Notes: generated by a model not told the origin, from the sequence alone. A stretch of 64,000 nt of DNA from Gammaproteobacteria bacterium (GCA_965215365.1 CBDCDS010000003.1:960001-1024000), one strand, 5' to 3'; numbered from the stretch's first letter, positions 9,880 to 19,967 are shown. Numbers and translations are program-made.

Positions 9880-10181
9880 GTCAAACTCTCCTGATGAACC
9901 TGTTTAACCGGATTGAGTTATTGCGCTCCCGAAATGATTGATTAAATCGTCCACGTCTCGTAGTGTCCCTGATTTTGTCGCTACATAGCAAGTTGGTGCG
10001 GGCTACTACCTCATGTCTGGCATTATCTATCGTACCTCATCAGCTTGTCAAAATGAAAATTTCTACCAAAGTGCGGAATCGGTGTTCAAGATGAACTGAA
10101 ATCCGCCGTGGGCGTTGTAGCGATGGGATTGCGAGTCTGGATATAGAGGTGACCTTACATGCGTTGAACCTGGACACAGAG

Positions 10182-10210
10182 TTGACAACAACCGGCAAGC
10201 AGACTATTCT
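10182..10210 (+). promoter_or_regulatory. Sigma70-like promoter (also at 20285-20313)
   Basis: TTGACA-N17-TATTCT upstream of AAGGAG RBS and ATG 10245. Confidence 0.65.
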
Positions 10211-10244
10211 GCAACTCACTGAAACCAGAAAGGAGAATGTCCTC

Positions 10245-10886
10245 ATGGAAAACGAATTACATCGAAACCCCGCCAGCCCCGAAAAAATATGGGCCACCTT
10301 GGATCGCATAACCGAGAGGCAGGAGAAGGAAGCCAAACTACGACAGCAAGAGGCCGACCGACGCCAGCAAGAGTACGATCGTCAGCAGCGAAAAATGGAC
10401 CGGCAGTTGGAGGCAATCCGGCGGCAGATGGAAGATACCGACCGGCGTCTGAAGAAAACGGACGAGTTGTTTAACAGCCAATGGGGTAAGTTGGTGGAAA
10501 GTCTGGTGGAAGGAGACCTGATAGCGCTGTTGCAGGCGCGCGGCATTGCGGTGGAGTCGACCCATCCGCGCGTGAGTGGTCGCCGCAATGGCGAGCACTA
10601 TGAGTTTGACATCCTGGCCATTAACGGTGAGGAAGTGGTGGTGGTAGAGGTGAAGACTACGTTGCGACCTGAGGACGTGACACATTTTCTGGCGAAATTG
10701 GCGCGGTTCACGGAATACGAGCCGGTATGGAAAGGCAAGCGTATCCTAGGCGCGGTGGCCTACCTGAAGACGGATGCCTCGGTGCTGGCGCATGCGCAAC
10801 GCCAGGGGTTGTTCGTCATTCGGGCCACTGGCAGCAGCGCCAGCATCATCAACCCGACAGACTTCCGGCCCCGAGTGTTTCTCTGA
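10245..10886 (+). CDS. Coiled-coil + PD-(D/E)XK nuclease-fold protein (DUF3782-like), copy 1
   Basis: Q/R/E-rich coiled coil, then WGKLVE and EFDIL...VEVKTTL. Confidence 0.75.
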   Translation: MENELHRNPASPEKIWATLDRITERQEKEAKLRQQEADRRQQEYDRQQRKMDRQLEAIRRQMEDTDRRLKKTDELFNSQWGKLVESLVEGDLIALLQARGIAVESTHPRVSGRRNGEHYEFDILAINGEEVVVVEVKTTLRPEDVTHFLAKLARFTEYEPVWKGKRILGAVAYLKTDASVLAHAQRQGLFVIRATGSSASIINPTDFRPRVFL

Positions 10887-10894
10887 CAGCCCAT

Positions 10895-11275
10895 TTAACG
10901 GATTAACTTCACCTCAATACCCAATTCAAGCGTAGTCCAGGCCCGATCCGCGGTGATTACCCTGGTTTGCTCCCGGATTGCCAGGGCGAGACAGGCGCGA
11001 TCGCCCAAGGACAGGCCGGTATTCTGCGTCGTTTTTCGCATCAGGCCTGCTGCGATTGCCATGGCTTCGTCAAAAGGGCAAATCTGAAGGCCGAGGAGCG
11101 ATAGGGATGCTCTGGCCTCTTCTTCATTAACCCCCATGTCAACGTATCGGGTGATGACTTCGGACACGTTAACTGCCGATATTAAGCCTTCGTGCAGGAA
11201 CCGTGTTGCTACCTCTGCTCCTTGCTCCGCAAATGTGATAGCAAGTATTGCCGAACTGTCGAAGACAACGCTCAT
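10895..11275 (-). CDS. vapC: VapC-family PIN toxin
   Basis: VFDSSAILA, ISAVNVSEV, GLSLGDRACLALA, TADRAW. Confidence 0.9.
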   Translation of the reverse strand: MSVVFDSSAILAITFAEQGAEVATRFLHEGLISAVNVSEVITRYVDMGVNEEEARASLSLLGLQICPFDEAMAIAAGLMRKTTQNTGLSLGDRACLALAIREQTRVITADRAWTTLELGIEVKLIR

Positions 11276-11445
11276 GTTTCACCCCATAACGTCCGCCTGT
11301 CACTCAGGAATTGATCCACAATGCTGGTCCCTGGCGTTTTGTATTGCTTCATGCGGTTTTGGATCTGTGTTACCGCAACGGCAGGAGTGATAAGGCGCAA
11401 TTCACCTGCTATAACCCGGGCTGTAACATGGCTGTCCTTACGCGT
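11272..11445 (-). pseudogene. AbrB/MazE-type antitoxin, C-terminal half only (5'-truncated)
   Basis: GELRLITP...PGTSIVDQFLSDRR overlapping the vapC start (ATGA); no AbrB-like N-terminus visible upstream. Confidence 0.55.
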
Positions 11446-11903
11446 CCTCCGAAGTAAGTGCAGGTGTAGTAAGGGGCAGTCGCGGGCGGTCAACGGTTAG
11501 CAGGCTCGTTTCCGTGTGGGAAACGGCGCATTTTACTATGCGTCCTCGACGACCTGCGTCGGGTACAAGGCGGGGCACGATGCCGTTGACCGGGAACAGT
11601 TTAGAGACGGGCTTGTCAAGCACCGTGATGAAAATTATACAAAGGAGCAAGTGGTTCAGCTTGCGGTTCAGCGTTTTGGTATTTCATCTTCACCAGTACT
11701 GTTTTCGAACTCGCCCCGGTCTCCGACCGTACCGCTGCTGATTTCTCCGTTGTATTTATCTGTATGTAAGTGGCCTCAGTTTCGATTACGACTTTTTCAA
11801 TGTTGGTTGAATAGCAACAAATTTCTTTTATAATATCAACTTGAAGTTTTTATTTTACGGTGGTCGTTATGTATTTATCAACCATACTATTGAGAAGAAA
11901 ATC

Positions 11904-13001
11904 ATGTTTGGGCAAAGGCTCAGATTAGCGCGAAAGAAGGCAGGTTTATCAATGCAGGCCCTTGGCTCTGGTGTTGTACCTAAAGTCAGCGCACAAGCAA
12001 TCAGCAAATATGAGGCGAGCAAGATGATGCCGTCTGCATCCGTGCTGGTCGGGCTAAGCAAAACGCTTGGGGTATCCATTGACTTCCTTGTGGCAGGCCA
12101 GGTTGAAACCCTGAAAGGGGTGGAGTTTCGCAAACATTCCGGTACCTCGGCGCGAGATCGCGCCCGCGTCGAAGTAATTGTGACCGAAAAGGTCGAGGAC
12201 TACCTGGCAATTGAAGACATTCTGGAACTGGTTCCGCCCGCTGATTCTTTTGGCGACCTAGTGGCCGATAGGCTCGAAAGTATGGAGCACATTGACGACA
12301 TGGCCAAAGCCTTGCGGGAGAAATGGCGACTGGGACTGGATCCAATTCCCAGCATGTCCGCACTGCTGGAAGATAAGGGGATTAAAGTTATCGAAGCGGA
12401 TCTACCAGACCGTTTCGATGGGATGGCTTGTGATGTAAAGCGTAGCGATGGCAGGCCTGACACGGCGGTCGTTGTTGCGTCCAATCGTACTAACATAGAA
12501 CGCAAACGGTTTACTCTCGCCCATGAGCTCGCACACCGGGTCATTCGCTCGACCGGTAATCCGGATATCGATCTTGAAAAAGCCATGAACCGCTTCGCAG
12601 GCGCATTTCTTGTACCAGGCGAACACTTAATCGAGGAAGCCGGAGCGCATCGGCACGGCATGACTTATCGCGAGTTGGTCAGGTTAAAACATCTTTATGG
12701 CATTTCGGCGGTGGCGATATTGATGCGGCTCATGCAGGTAGATATTTTGTCAAAACCGGTGGTTGAATATGCCTTCCGCAGCTATGCGCGCACTTGGCGT
12801 GTTGAAGAACCGGAACCAATCCGTCGTGATGAAGGCTTTGGCGCCTTTGAACGGCCACAGCGTTTCGAGCGATTAGTTTGGCGGGCCTTGGGAGAACACC
12901 TGATTGCGCCGGTACGCGCAGCACAGTTCTTGCGCTCACCCGTTTCAGCTATCGAACAGGAAATTCGAGGGCCGCATAATGAACTGTGTCGTCGTCAATG
13001 A
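11904..13001 (+). CDS. XRE HTH + ImmA/IrrE-family Zn metallopeptidase (COG2856)
   Basis: MFGQRLRLARKKAGLS HTH; RFTLAHELAH (HExxH); NRFAGAFLVP. Confidence 0.92.
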   Translation: MFGQRLRLARKKAGLSMQALGSGVVPKVSAQAISKYEASKMMPSASVLVGLSKTLGVSIDFLVAGQVETLKGVEFRKHSGTSARDRARVEVIVTEKVEDYLAIEDILELVPPADSFGDLVADRLESMEHIDDMAKALREKWRLGLDPIPSMSALLEDKGIKVIEADLPDRFDGMACDVKRSDGRPDTAVVVASNRTNIERKRFTLAHELAHRVIRSTGNPDIDLEKAMNRFAGAFLVPGEHLIEEAGAHRHGMTYRELVRLKHLYGISAVAILMRLMQVDILSKPVVEYAFRSYARTWRVEEPEPIRRDEGFGAFERPQRFERLVWRALGEHLIAPVRAAQFLRSPVSAIEQEIRGPHNELCRRQ

Positions 13002-13485
13002 TGCGTCTTGTTTGATAGACCTCCGAAAAGGGCGGCTTCTGCATATGTTGTCGCACTTGCCTTATCGCTTCATCGTGCCACTACCAATACGCAAGTCGGA
13101 ATTACTCGACTTCACGCCCCAGGAATGGACAATTCTCGACGGTGGGGGCATGGAAACCTGTGACCTCCCGCCAGAACGAATGGCGGATGTATTCGCACTG
13201 AAGAGGCAACACGGCAGGCTAACAGCAAACGACTGCTTTTGTCTGGTTGCCACACAATGTCACAAGGGAGGAATTCTTCTGACCGGTGACAGTCTTCTGC
13301 GTAAAGTCGCAGTTGAACTCGGTATTAAAGTCCATGGCGTACTCTGGGTCATCAAAGAATTTATAGCAGCCGATGTCTGTGATAATGCGCTTCTGATAAG
13401 AGCATTAAAAATCTGGAAGGATGATGCGGCAGTATTCCTCCCAAAATCGGAGATCGAGCAGCAGTTACGCGTCCTCCTTGACTGA
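12979..13485 (+). CDS. PIN-domain protein (DUF3368-like), partner of the HTH-peptidase
   Basis: VVNDASCLIDL, LLTGDSLLR, VHGVLWV; overlaps the upstream gene. Confidence 0.8.
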   Translation: MNCVVVNDASCLIDLRKGRLLHMLSHLPYRFIVPLPIRKSELLDFTPQEWTILDGGGMETCDLPPERMADVFALKRQHGRLTANDCFCLVATQCHKGGILLTGDSLLRKVAVELGIKVHGVLWVIKEFIAADVCDNALLIRALKIWKDDAAVFLPKSEIEQQLRVLLD

Positions 13486-13695
13486 CGGCGTACTTTCCAT
13501 GATTGGTTAGATCATGATTTCGTGAATTCGTAACTACTCGCCCCCCTTACCCTGATCTTTTGTTCTGATCTGGTTTTTCTTAACCGTTTTATTTTTGAGC
13601 GGTTTTTCCACCATGGTGGCGGCGTCTCCCTTGAGTGCTATCTCGATGGCGGCGAGGGGATTGTAGCCCTTCAGGGTCATAGACTGCAAGTAGCT

Positions 13696-14827
13696 TGTCC
13701 AGGTTCAATACATATGAGACTCAGAGGCAGGCTGTGTGAGTTGTTGATAATACTCCATTGGGGTTAATAAACCAATACCGTCATGCGGGCGGTAGGTATT
13801 GTAGTATTGCTGATACTCGGCCAGTTTGCGGTTGATGGCGGCCACGGTCAGTGGACCCTCGTAGAACGGATAGAACTCATAGCGGCTGGTGGCATTGGCG
13901 CGTTCTACACAGCCGTTGTATTCGGGTTTTTTCGGGGGCAGCACGTACAGGGGGATTCCTAAGTCCTGGCAAGCCTGCTCGAACTCATCTCGGAACTCCG
14001 AGCCGCCATCGACCTGGATAGAACGGATGGGAAACGGCGCCTCACCGAGCAGCGCTTTTAAGAAGCGCCGGGCATTGCCACTGGTGGCCCGACTGTAGGC
14101 TCGCAGCGCACTCCATTTGCTCACCGGACAGACGGCCTTGAACTCCTTCACCGTGACGCCGTCCGTGAAGCCGACACTCATGTGGTCTATCTGCATCAAC
14201 TCCCCTGGCGCCTTAGCCTTCATCCCGTAGCGCCAGCGCTTGGCATGATGGGTAAACGCCCGGCGGCGCTTAGGCTTCACCCGGCCATAGTAAAACGCCA
14301 CCGGCTTGACCCGACCTAGCCGCACCCGCTTCGCCACGATGCGCCCGACCGTACTCTCGCTCAAAGTCCAGCCCTGCTCGCGCACCCCCACCCGCCAGAG
14401 CTTACGCTTACCCCATAACGGATAACGTTGGCGAAGGTGCAAGACCTGCTGCTCGTGCTGGCGCGTCCATTGCGGCACACGCCGCCGCCGCGGCGCACGA
14501 GAGCCACACCCCAGACCCTTCAGCCCATGTTCACGATACCGCTTCAACCAACGGTAGTAGGTCGCCCTCGACCAACCTACTGCTGCCAGTGCCGTCGCCT
14601 CACCACACCCATCCTCGCGTAACGTCGCAACCAATTCCAACTGCTTCAAACGACCGAGCGCGTCAGCATCGGTAGTATCATCGACGCGCCAACTGCGATA
14701 TGATTTCACCCGCAGGCTTTTGATCTGCATCGGGTAGTCCTCCTGTGTCAATTAGTTGAGATTAATTCACACACAGACTACCCGATTTCTTTATCTAAAG
14801 AGTCTCACTTGTTTCTGAACCCGGACA
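13696..14827 (-). mobile_element. IS481-family insertion sequence (1,132 bp)
   Basis: TGT...ACA ends (TGTCCAGGTTCA / TGAACCCGGACA); 6-bp TSD GTAGCT at 13690-13695 and 14828-14833. Confidence 0.9.
13705..14751 (-). CDS. IS481-family DDE transposase (rve integrase core)
   Basis: HTH (SRATYYRWLKRY), QIDH, QVDGGSEF, NGCVERAN, YNTYRPH. Confidence 0.9.
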   Translation of the reverse strand: MTQEDYPMQIKSLRVKSYRSWRVDDTTDADALGRLKQLELVATLREDGCGEATALAAVGWSRATYYRWLKRYREHGLKGLGCGSRAPRRRRVPQWTRQHEQQVLHLRQRYPLWGKRKLWRVGVREQGWTLSESTVGRIVAKRVRLGRVKPVAFYYGRVKPKRRRAFTHHAKRWRYGMKAKAPGELMQIDHMSVGFTDGVTVKEFKAVCPVSKWSALRAYSRATSGNARRFLKALLGEAPFPIRSIQVDGGSEFRDEFEQACQDLGIPLYVLPPKKPEYNGCVERANATSRYEFYPFYEGPLTVAAINRKLAEYQQYYNTYRPHDGIGLLTPMEYYQQLTQPASESHMY

Positions 14828-15359
14828 GTAGCTGGAGATGCGGCAGTAGGTGTCGGCGTAGGCGGTGGTTCGGAAGCAGCCGGAGACTTTTTGTTTGACT
14901 TTAGCCATACGGATATCGCGTTCGGCGCGGTTGTTGGTGAACGGCACGTTGGGGTCGCGGGCGAAGCGGAGGACTTCGGTTTCGTACTTGACGAGGGCAT
15001 CATGGAGGTTTTGTGCCTCACATTGGGCAATCCGTCCGCGTTGGCCGGTGAGCCGTTTCGGGGGTGTGGGGAGTTCCCGTTTGGCTTGTGTCAGGATAGT
15101 CCGGTAGCGGGTGCGCAGGGACTGGTAGTCGGTCTCGCTGAGTGCCTTGTTTTTATGTGTGCGCACCTGTCGGCAGGTCTTGAGCAGGAGGCGGCTCATA
15201 CGTTGGGCCCAGGCATGGCCGTGGGCGTCCTCGATAAAGGCCAAGTTACGCAACAGGTGACTGCCGCACAGGGCATGCTCGCAGTTGTCATAGGCGAAGT
15301 AGCTGGCCCAGCGGTCGTGCACGAGAACACCGCCGTAGCGGGGGACGATGCCGATGTCC

Positions 15360-16990
15360 CAGCAATTCCCGCTAATGCCTGAGCAGTCATAAAATCCTTA
15401 CAAATACAGGGTTTTTGAGCGATCTGAAAAAAGGTTTTCGCAAACTTTTAGGGTGGATTCAGTATACTACCGGGCATTATTCACGTCAAAGGTGAGGTGA
15501 GCCATGTCCCGTCCTGCTTTACGTAAGTCGCTGAGTGCCCCGGGTTTGTTAAGTGAAGTCCGCCGTTGTTTTGAAGCTATCAAGGATGATACGGTGGGGC
15601 GTGGGTTTGCGTTGGTCGATTACCTGATGTCGGGGCTGGCGGTGTTCGGGTTGAAGTACCCCTCGCTGCTGCAGTTTGACGAAGGCCGCGCAGATGCGGT
15701 GGTGGCCTCGAACCTGCGGACGTTGTATGGGATTGACAAAGCGCCGTCGGACACGGCGTTACGAGAGCGGCTCGATGCGGTGGACCCGGCGGCATTGCGG
15801 GGTGCGTTTCGGCGGGTGTTGCATCTGTTGCAGCGGGGCAAGGGGTTAGATTCGTTTCACTGGTGGGCGGGGCATTACCTGTTGTCGGTGGATGGCACGG
15901 GGTATTTTTATTCAGACCGGGTGCATTGCGAGCAGTGTTGTCAGACACAGCACCGGGACGGTCGGGTGAGTTATTACCATCAACTGCTGGGGGCGGTGCT
16001 GGTACATCCTGAGCAACGGGTGGTCTTGCCGTTGGCGCCCGAGCCGATCACCCGTGCGGACGGGGCTCAGAAGAACGATTGCGAGCGCAATGCGGCCAAG
16101 CGGTTGCTGGCCGATGTGCGCCGGGAGCACCCGCACCTGAAACTGATAGTGGTGGAGGATGCGCTGGCGGCGAACGGGCCGCATATCCGGTTGTTACAGT
16201 CGTTGAAGATGCGTTATATTCTGGGGGTCAAGCCCGGTGACCATACCTTTCTGTTTAACTGGCTCGCCACCACGCCGGGGGTGAACACGGCTGAGTTCAC
16301 GGACAAAGACGGTGTCGTACACCGATTCCGTTATCTCCATGGCGCCCCCTTGAACGAGACACACTTTGACCTGACGGTGAATGTCTTGGATTATGAAGAA
16401 CAACGCCCCTCAGGCAAGACACAGCGCTTTACCTGGGTGACAGACATTCCCCTGCATCAAGACAACCTGCTGCGGATTATGCGCGGGGCGCGGGCGCGCT
16501 GGAAAATTGAGAACGAGACATTCAATACCCTGAAGAACCAAGGCTACCACTTCGAGCATAACTTCGGCCATGGTTATCAACACCTGTCTACCGTGTTCGC
16601 CTACCTGATGATGCTGGCGTTCCTGATAGACCAGGTGCAGCAGCAGTGCTGCGGGCTGTTCCAGGCGGCGCTGGCCCAACAGGGCCGCAAGCGCTACTTC
16701 TGGGAGAAGCTCAGAAGCTTCTTCTTCACGTGGTTGTTGCCGGACTGGGAGACGCTGTATCGGGCGCTGGCCTACGGGCCTGCTCCGACGCTGTTAGTGG
16801 CCTATGATACATCCTGAGCCCACGCCGTGACCGAGTGGTTCGAGGTGGGGGACTTCAGGGGAAATCAAGCCACATCAACACCTGCCGGGAACAGCCGGAG
16901 GACCGCGCATCCCCTGATGACCGGGAGACCTTAAAAAAATGAGCCCGACCTGATGATGCCTCCACTTACCAGAGTTAGCGGGAGCAGCTG
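15360..16990 (+). mobile_element. IS4-like/ISNCY insertion sequence (1,631 bp)
   Basis: Imperfect IRs CAGCAATTCCCGCTAA / TTAGCGGGAGCAGCTG; 9-bp TSD CCGATGTCC at 15351-15359 and 16991-16999. Confidence 0.9.
15504..16817 (+). CDS. DDE transposase (IS4-like fold, ISNCY type)
   Basis: LSVDGTG, VVEDAL, ARARWKIENETFNTLK. Confidence 0.9.
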   Translation: MSRPALRKSLSAPGLLSEVRRCFEAIKDDTVGRGFALVDYLMSGLAVFGLKYPSLLQFDEGRADAVVASNLRTLYGIDKAPSDTALRERLDAVDPAALRGAFRRVLHLLQRGKGLDSFHWWAGHYLLSVDGTGYFYSDRVHCEQCCQTQHRDGRVSYYHQLLGAVLVHPEQRVVLPLAPEPITRADGAQKNDCERNAAKRLLADVRREHPHLKLIVVEDALAANGPHIRLLQSLKMRYILGVKPGDHTFLFNWLATTPGVNTAEFTDKDGVVHRFRYLHGAPLNETHFDLTVNVLDYEEQRPSGKTQRFTWVTDIPLHQDNLLRIMRGARARWKIENETFNTLKNQGYHFEHNFGHGYQHLSTVFAYLMMLAFLIDQVQQQCCGLFQAALAQQGRKRYFWEKLRSFFFTWLLPDWETLYRALAYGPAPTLLVAYDTS

Positions 16991-17816
16991 CCGATGTCCT
17001 TGAGGGCGTCCCCGCCCCGCTTGCGGTGGCAGTGTTTCAGTACCAGGTTCCCGGCACTGGTGCTGTGCAGCCAGTGTTGTGTGCGGTCGATGCGCAAGGA
17101 GGTCTCATCGGCGTGCAGCACGGGCTCTGTGAGCAGGCGGGCGATAGCCGCCCGCTCCCACCCGGCCAGGGCCTCATGCACCCGCGTGAGCCAGGCCAGT
17201 AAGGTCGCCTCGGCGACGGCGCGCCCGGTCAGTGCATGAAGTGTCTGCGCCGTACGTTTGAGCGAGAGCATTTGGGCCGTTAACAGGTGCGTGGCGAAAG
17301 CCACGATGCCAGGGCCGTATTGTAAAGGCCCCGGCATGTCATCGGGAAACGCCCCGTGGGTCTCAGTGCCACAGCGCGGACAGGTTTTTATCTCGGCGTC
17401 AATGGTCAACTCGGTCGTCTCGAAGACTATATCGACCTTGACTCGTCGCACATGGCCGGTGGGGGCGGTGCCTTTGAGATCATGCCCGCAGGCCCGGCAG
17501 CCGGTCACGGGCACCGTGCGGGTCTGAGCCACCACGCGCCGGGACGCGCTGGGCACCGTCCCGGTCTGCGGCCCCTTGCCCTGCTTGCCGGGCCGTGTGC
17601 GCGCACTGTCATCGGGGTCGGTGCGGGAACTGGGCAGGCTGGAGTTGTGCGCCCCCTTCGGTGTGGTCTTCTCTAAGAACACCGCCAGCAGCAACTCGAA
17701 TAGCAGCAACATCGACTCGAACAGCGCACGCCCTTCGGGACTCAGCGCGCCGTCGGCGCACAACGCCTTAAAACGCATTCGGATGGCCTCGAACTCCGCA
17801 CGCAATGAGGCCTTGT

Positions 17817-18497
17817 TCACCGTGGCCATGTGCACTGTGCCTCCACCGCCATCATCGCCGCCAGCACCGCCAGCCGCTCGGCCGGGGGCAAGTCACGATA
17901 ACGCCGCCCCCAGTTCTCAGCCTTGCGCTTGACCTGCTGGCGGTGCGTGAAGTTGCGCCCCGCATAGCGCACCCAGTGCACCCGGTCCGGCACAAAATTG
18001 AACCAGACCCGCTCGGTCACCACCCCGCCCTGATTCATCACCTGCAAGGACACACTGCGCCAGCCCGCCAGCACCTCATCATACAAGGCCGAAGGATACC
18101 CCGACACCATCACCGCACAGGGCAGCCCCTGCAGTAACGCCAGCAGCGCCTCATGGTCTGAGTCCTCGTAGTCATACCGGTAACGGTGCCGTGACTTGCG
18201 CGTGCTGTGCAGGTAGGGCGGGTCGCTGTACACCAACTCCGTGCCGTCAAACGGAAAAGTCGCCAACCAGCGGTGACAACACCCCTGCACCAACTCCACC
18301 GGATACCTACACGTAAACCCCGCCAACGCCCGCACATCAAGATCAATCCCAATGTTGCGCAACGCCGCCGGCTTGCGCTGCATAATCGCCCCGCCGCCTA
18401 AGTGTGTCTCAATGTACACACTGTGCGGCGGCATCATCGCAATGAGCGGCTGGCACAGACCCGTCGTGGCTTTCGACCCTCGGTACGCATTCCCCAT
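17817..18497 (-). CDS. Dam/D12-like DNA adenine methyltransferase (IS66 passenger, intact)
   Basis: YRGSK, YIETHLGGG (motif I), YSDPPY (motif IV); protein identical to the copy at 35364..36044. Confidence 0.88.
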   Translation of the reverse strand: MGNAYRGSKATTGLCQPLIAMMPPHSVYIETHLGGGAIMQRKPAALRNIGIDLDVRALAGFTCRYPVELVQGCCHRWLATFPFDGTELVYSDPPYLHSTRKSRHRYRYDYEDSDHEALLALLQGLPCAVMVSGYPSALYDEVLAGWRSVSLQVMNQGGVVTERVWFNFVPDRVHWVRYAGRNFTHRQQVKRKAENWGRRYRDLPPAERLAVLAAMMAVEAQCTWPR

Positions 18498-18600
18498 GAC
18501 GACCAACATAACGCCATGACGCTATGTTGTCAAGGACGCCTTGACAAAAAATTCAGTAGAATTAGAGGGAGGGGGCGAGTAGTTACATGAATTCTGGAAA

Positions 18601-18954
18601 TTAATCCCACGGAGAATTTACATCTATGGGATCAGCAGTTGGATGCCGTCGACCTACCTTTGGGTTCCAATAATTCGCCAAATATGCCTCCACACCATCA
18701 CGTTTCTGTGCAGACGCTGTTGCCCAGGTTACATAGAGGTCAAGGTCTTTATACTTCTGAATCATCGGGTCAGTCCGGTGGTCTTTAAGGCGGTCCCTGA
18801 TATTACCTTGACCGACATACACCACCTTAGGAGCTGTACCTCCATGCCAGATTATATAAACACCGCTCTTGCCGTTGAAATGTTCATGGTCCAAATTGAC
18901 ATGATTTAGCTTGCACCAGACATCGCCTTGGCACTTTATCCAGTTCAGAAACAT
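18601..18954 (-). CDS. Small stand-alone GIY-YIG nuclease-like protein
   Basis: GVYII...VVYVGQG-NIRDRLKDH...E...NP pattern; AGGAGA RBS. Confidence 0.75.
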   Translation of the reverse strand: MFLNWIKCQGDVWCKLNHVNLDHEHFNGKSGVYIIWHGGTAPKVVYVGQGNIRDRLKDHRTDPMIQKYKDLDLYVTWATASAQKRDGVEAYLANYWNPKVGRRHPTADPIDVNSPWD

Positions 18955-19013
18955 TCAAGGTCTCCTGTTTTTTTGTGGTAGGTCGTTTCTGTGGAATAAT
19001 TTTCTATTCATTT

Positions 19014-19967
19014 TTAACTCGGAAGGTTTTCGGGTTCGTTCGTGTCTTGCAGGATTTGGTCAGGCTGAGATATGTCTGGAACCGCAAAATAGCTTACCGG
19101 TACTTGCTGACATGTCTCATCTATGCGACGAAATACTGCCTTAGTATCTTCATCGGTAGTGTGTTGACAAACTATGCCACACAGCTTCTTCTGCGAGTCC
19201 ATTGCTTCAGAAATACTTTGCCTGTTAAGCCTGTCAAGGATAGTGCCTCTTGTTTGAGGCGATAAGCTTATGATGAACTGACTAAGTACGAAGAATGCAT
19301 CATCAAGGGAATCTCCAACCCGGACGATTGCACTTGCCGGAACACTTTGGAAATAGTTACCTTGGGCAACCTCGTAAGAAAAGTAATCATGTAACTCAAC
19401 GCAATTTCTTTTAAACTCGTCTATGTCCTTTCGATAAAGTTCCCGAAATTCTGAGATCGATGGCGCTCCATTCAGGGTAGATTTCTCATTCGGGGTACTT
19501 TGATAATAACTGCCATACTCCCGCGTGATTTCCTTAAACTTATTCGCAGCATTGTCAATCTCTGTTGCGATACTTTCCAGACGCTTTTGAGCGTCAGAGC
19601 TAAAAAGACGTGAAACATGGTATGAGAGGCGTTGCGAAGTCACTTTCGCAACCATTATACCGATCACGGCAAGCCCTAAAAGAACTTCCAAGCCGGCAAG
19701 GGCTTTGGAAATTCCCACCGGATGCATATCACCGTATCCCAGAGAAGAGACCGTAACGACACTGAAATATATGCCTTCGAGTAACGTAGTTTCAGAGAGC
19801 GGCATGAGATTTTGTCCAATTCCATGGCCGACAGGCGTAAGGTAGGTATAAACAATACCAAAGCCGATGACAATTATGATAAATATTAAGCCATATACCA
19901 GCAGGCTGACGTCTTCCACAAGGAAGATGAGTATCCTTTGGCTAAGAAGCCTTATTGCGTTCTTCAT
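19014..19967 (-). CDS. 2-TM potassium-channel pore protein with helical C-terminal domain
   Basis: TM helix, IYFSVVTVSSLGYGDMHP filter, second TM; ATG 19967 has an AAGGAG RBS (ORF open to 20057). Confidence 0.8.
   Translation of the reverse strand: MKNAIRLLSQRILIFLVEDVSLLVYGLIFIIIVIGFGIVYTYLTPVGHGIGQNLMPLSETTLLEGIYFSVVTVSSLGYGDMHPVGISKALAGLEVLLGLAVIGIMVAKVTSQRLSYHVSRLFSSDAQKRLESIATEIDNAANKFKEITREYGSYYQSTPNEKSTLNGAPSISEFRELYRKDIDEFKRNCVELHDYFSYEVAQGNYFQSVPASAIVRVGDSLDDAFFVLSQFIISLSPQTRGTILDRLNRQSISEAMDSQKKLCGIVCQHTTDEDTKAVFRRIDETCQQVPVSYFAVPDISQPDQILQDTNEPENLPS

Larger units (their letters stand above)
9932..11122. repeat. 1,191-bp direct repeat, copy 1
   Basis: Near-identical to 20035..21225 (offset 10,103); I saw only two substitutions, near 10933-10936. 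Confidence 0.95.
13530..18586 (-). mobile_element. IS66-family element with methyltransferase passenger, copy 1 (transposase interrupted by two nested ISs)
   Basis: Terminal IRs GTAACTACTCGCCCCC; flanks gtgaattc/atgaattc (7/8). Removing both nested ISs and one TSD each leaves 2,279 bp, the length of copy 2. Confidence 0.95.

Noticed and set aside
11516-11833. 105-aa ORF between the vapB remnant and the XRE-peptidase gene
   Set aside because: No RBS or motif recognised; possibly a gene remnant, but I cannot support a call.
14680-14730. Transposase N-terminus MQIKSLRVKSYRS resembling an OLD/ABC ATPase start
   Set aside because: No Walker A follows; it lies inside the IS ends and is too short to support a capture.
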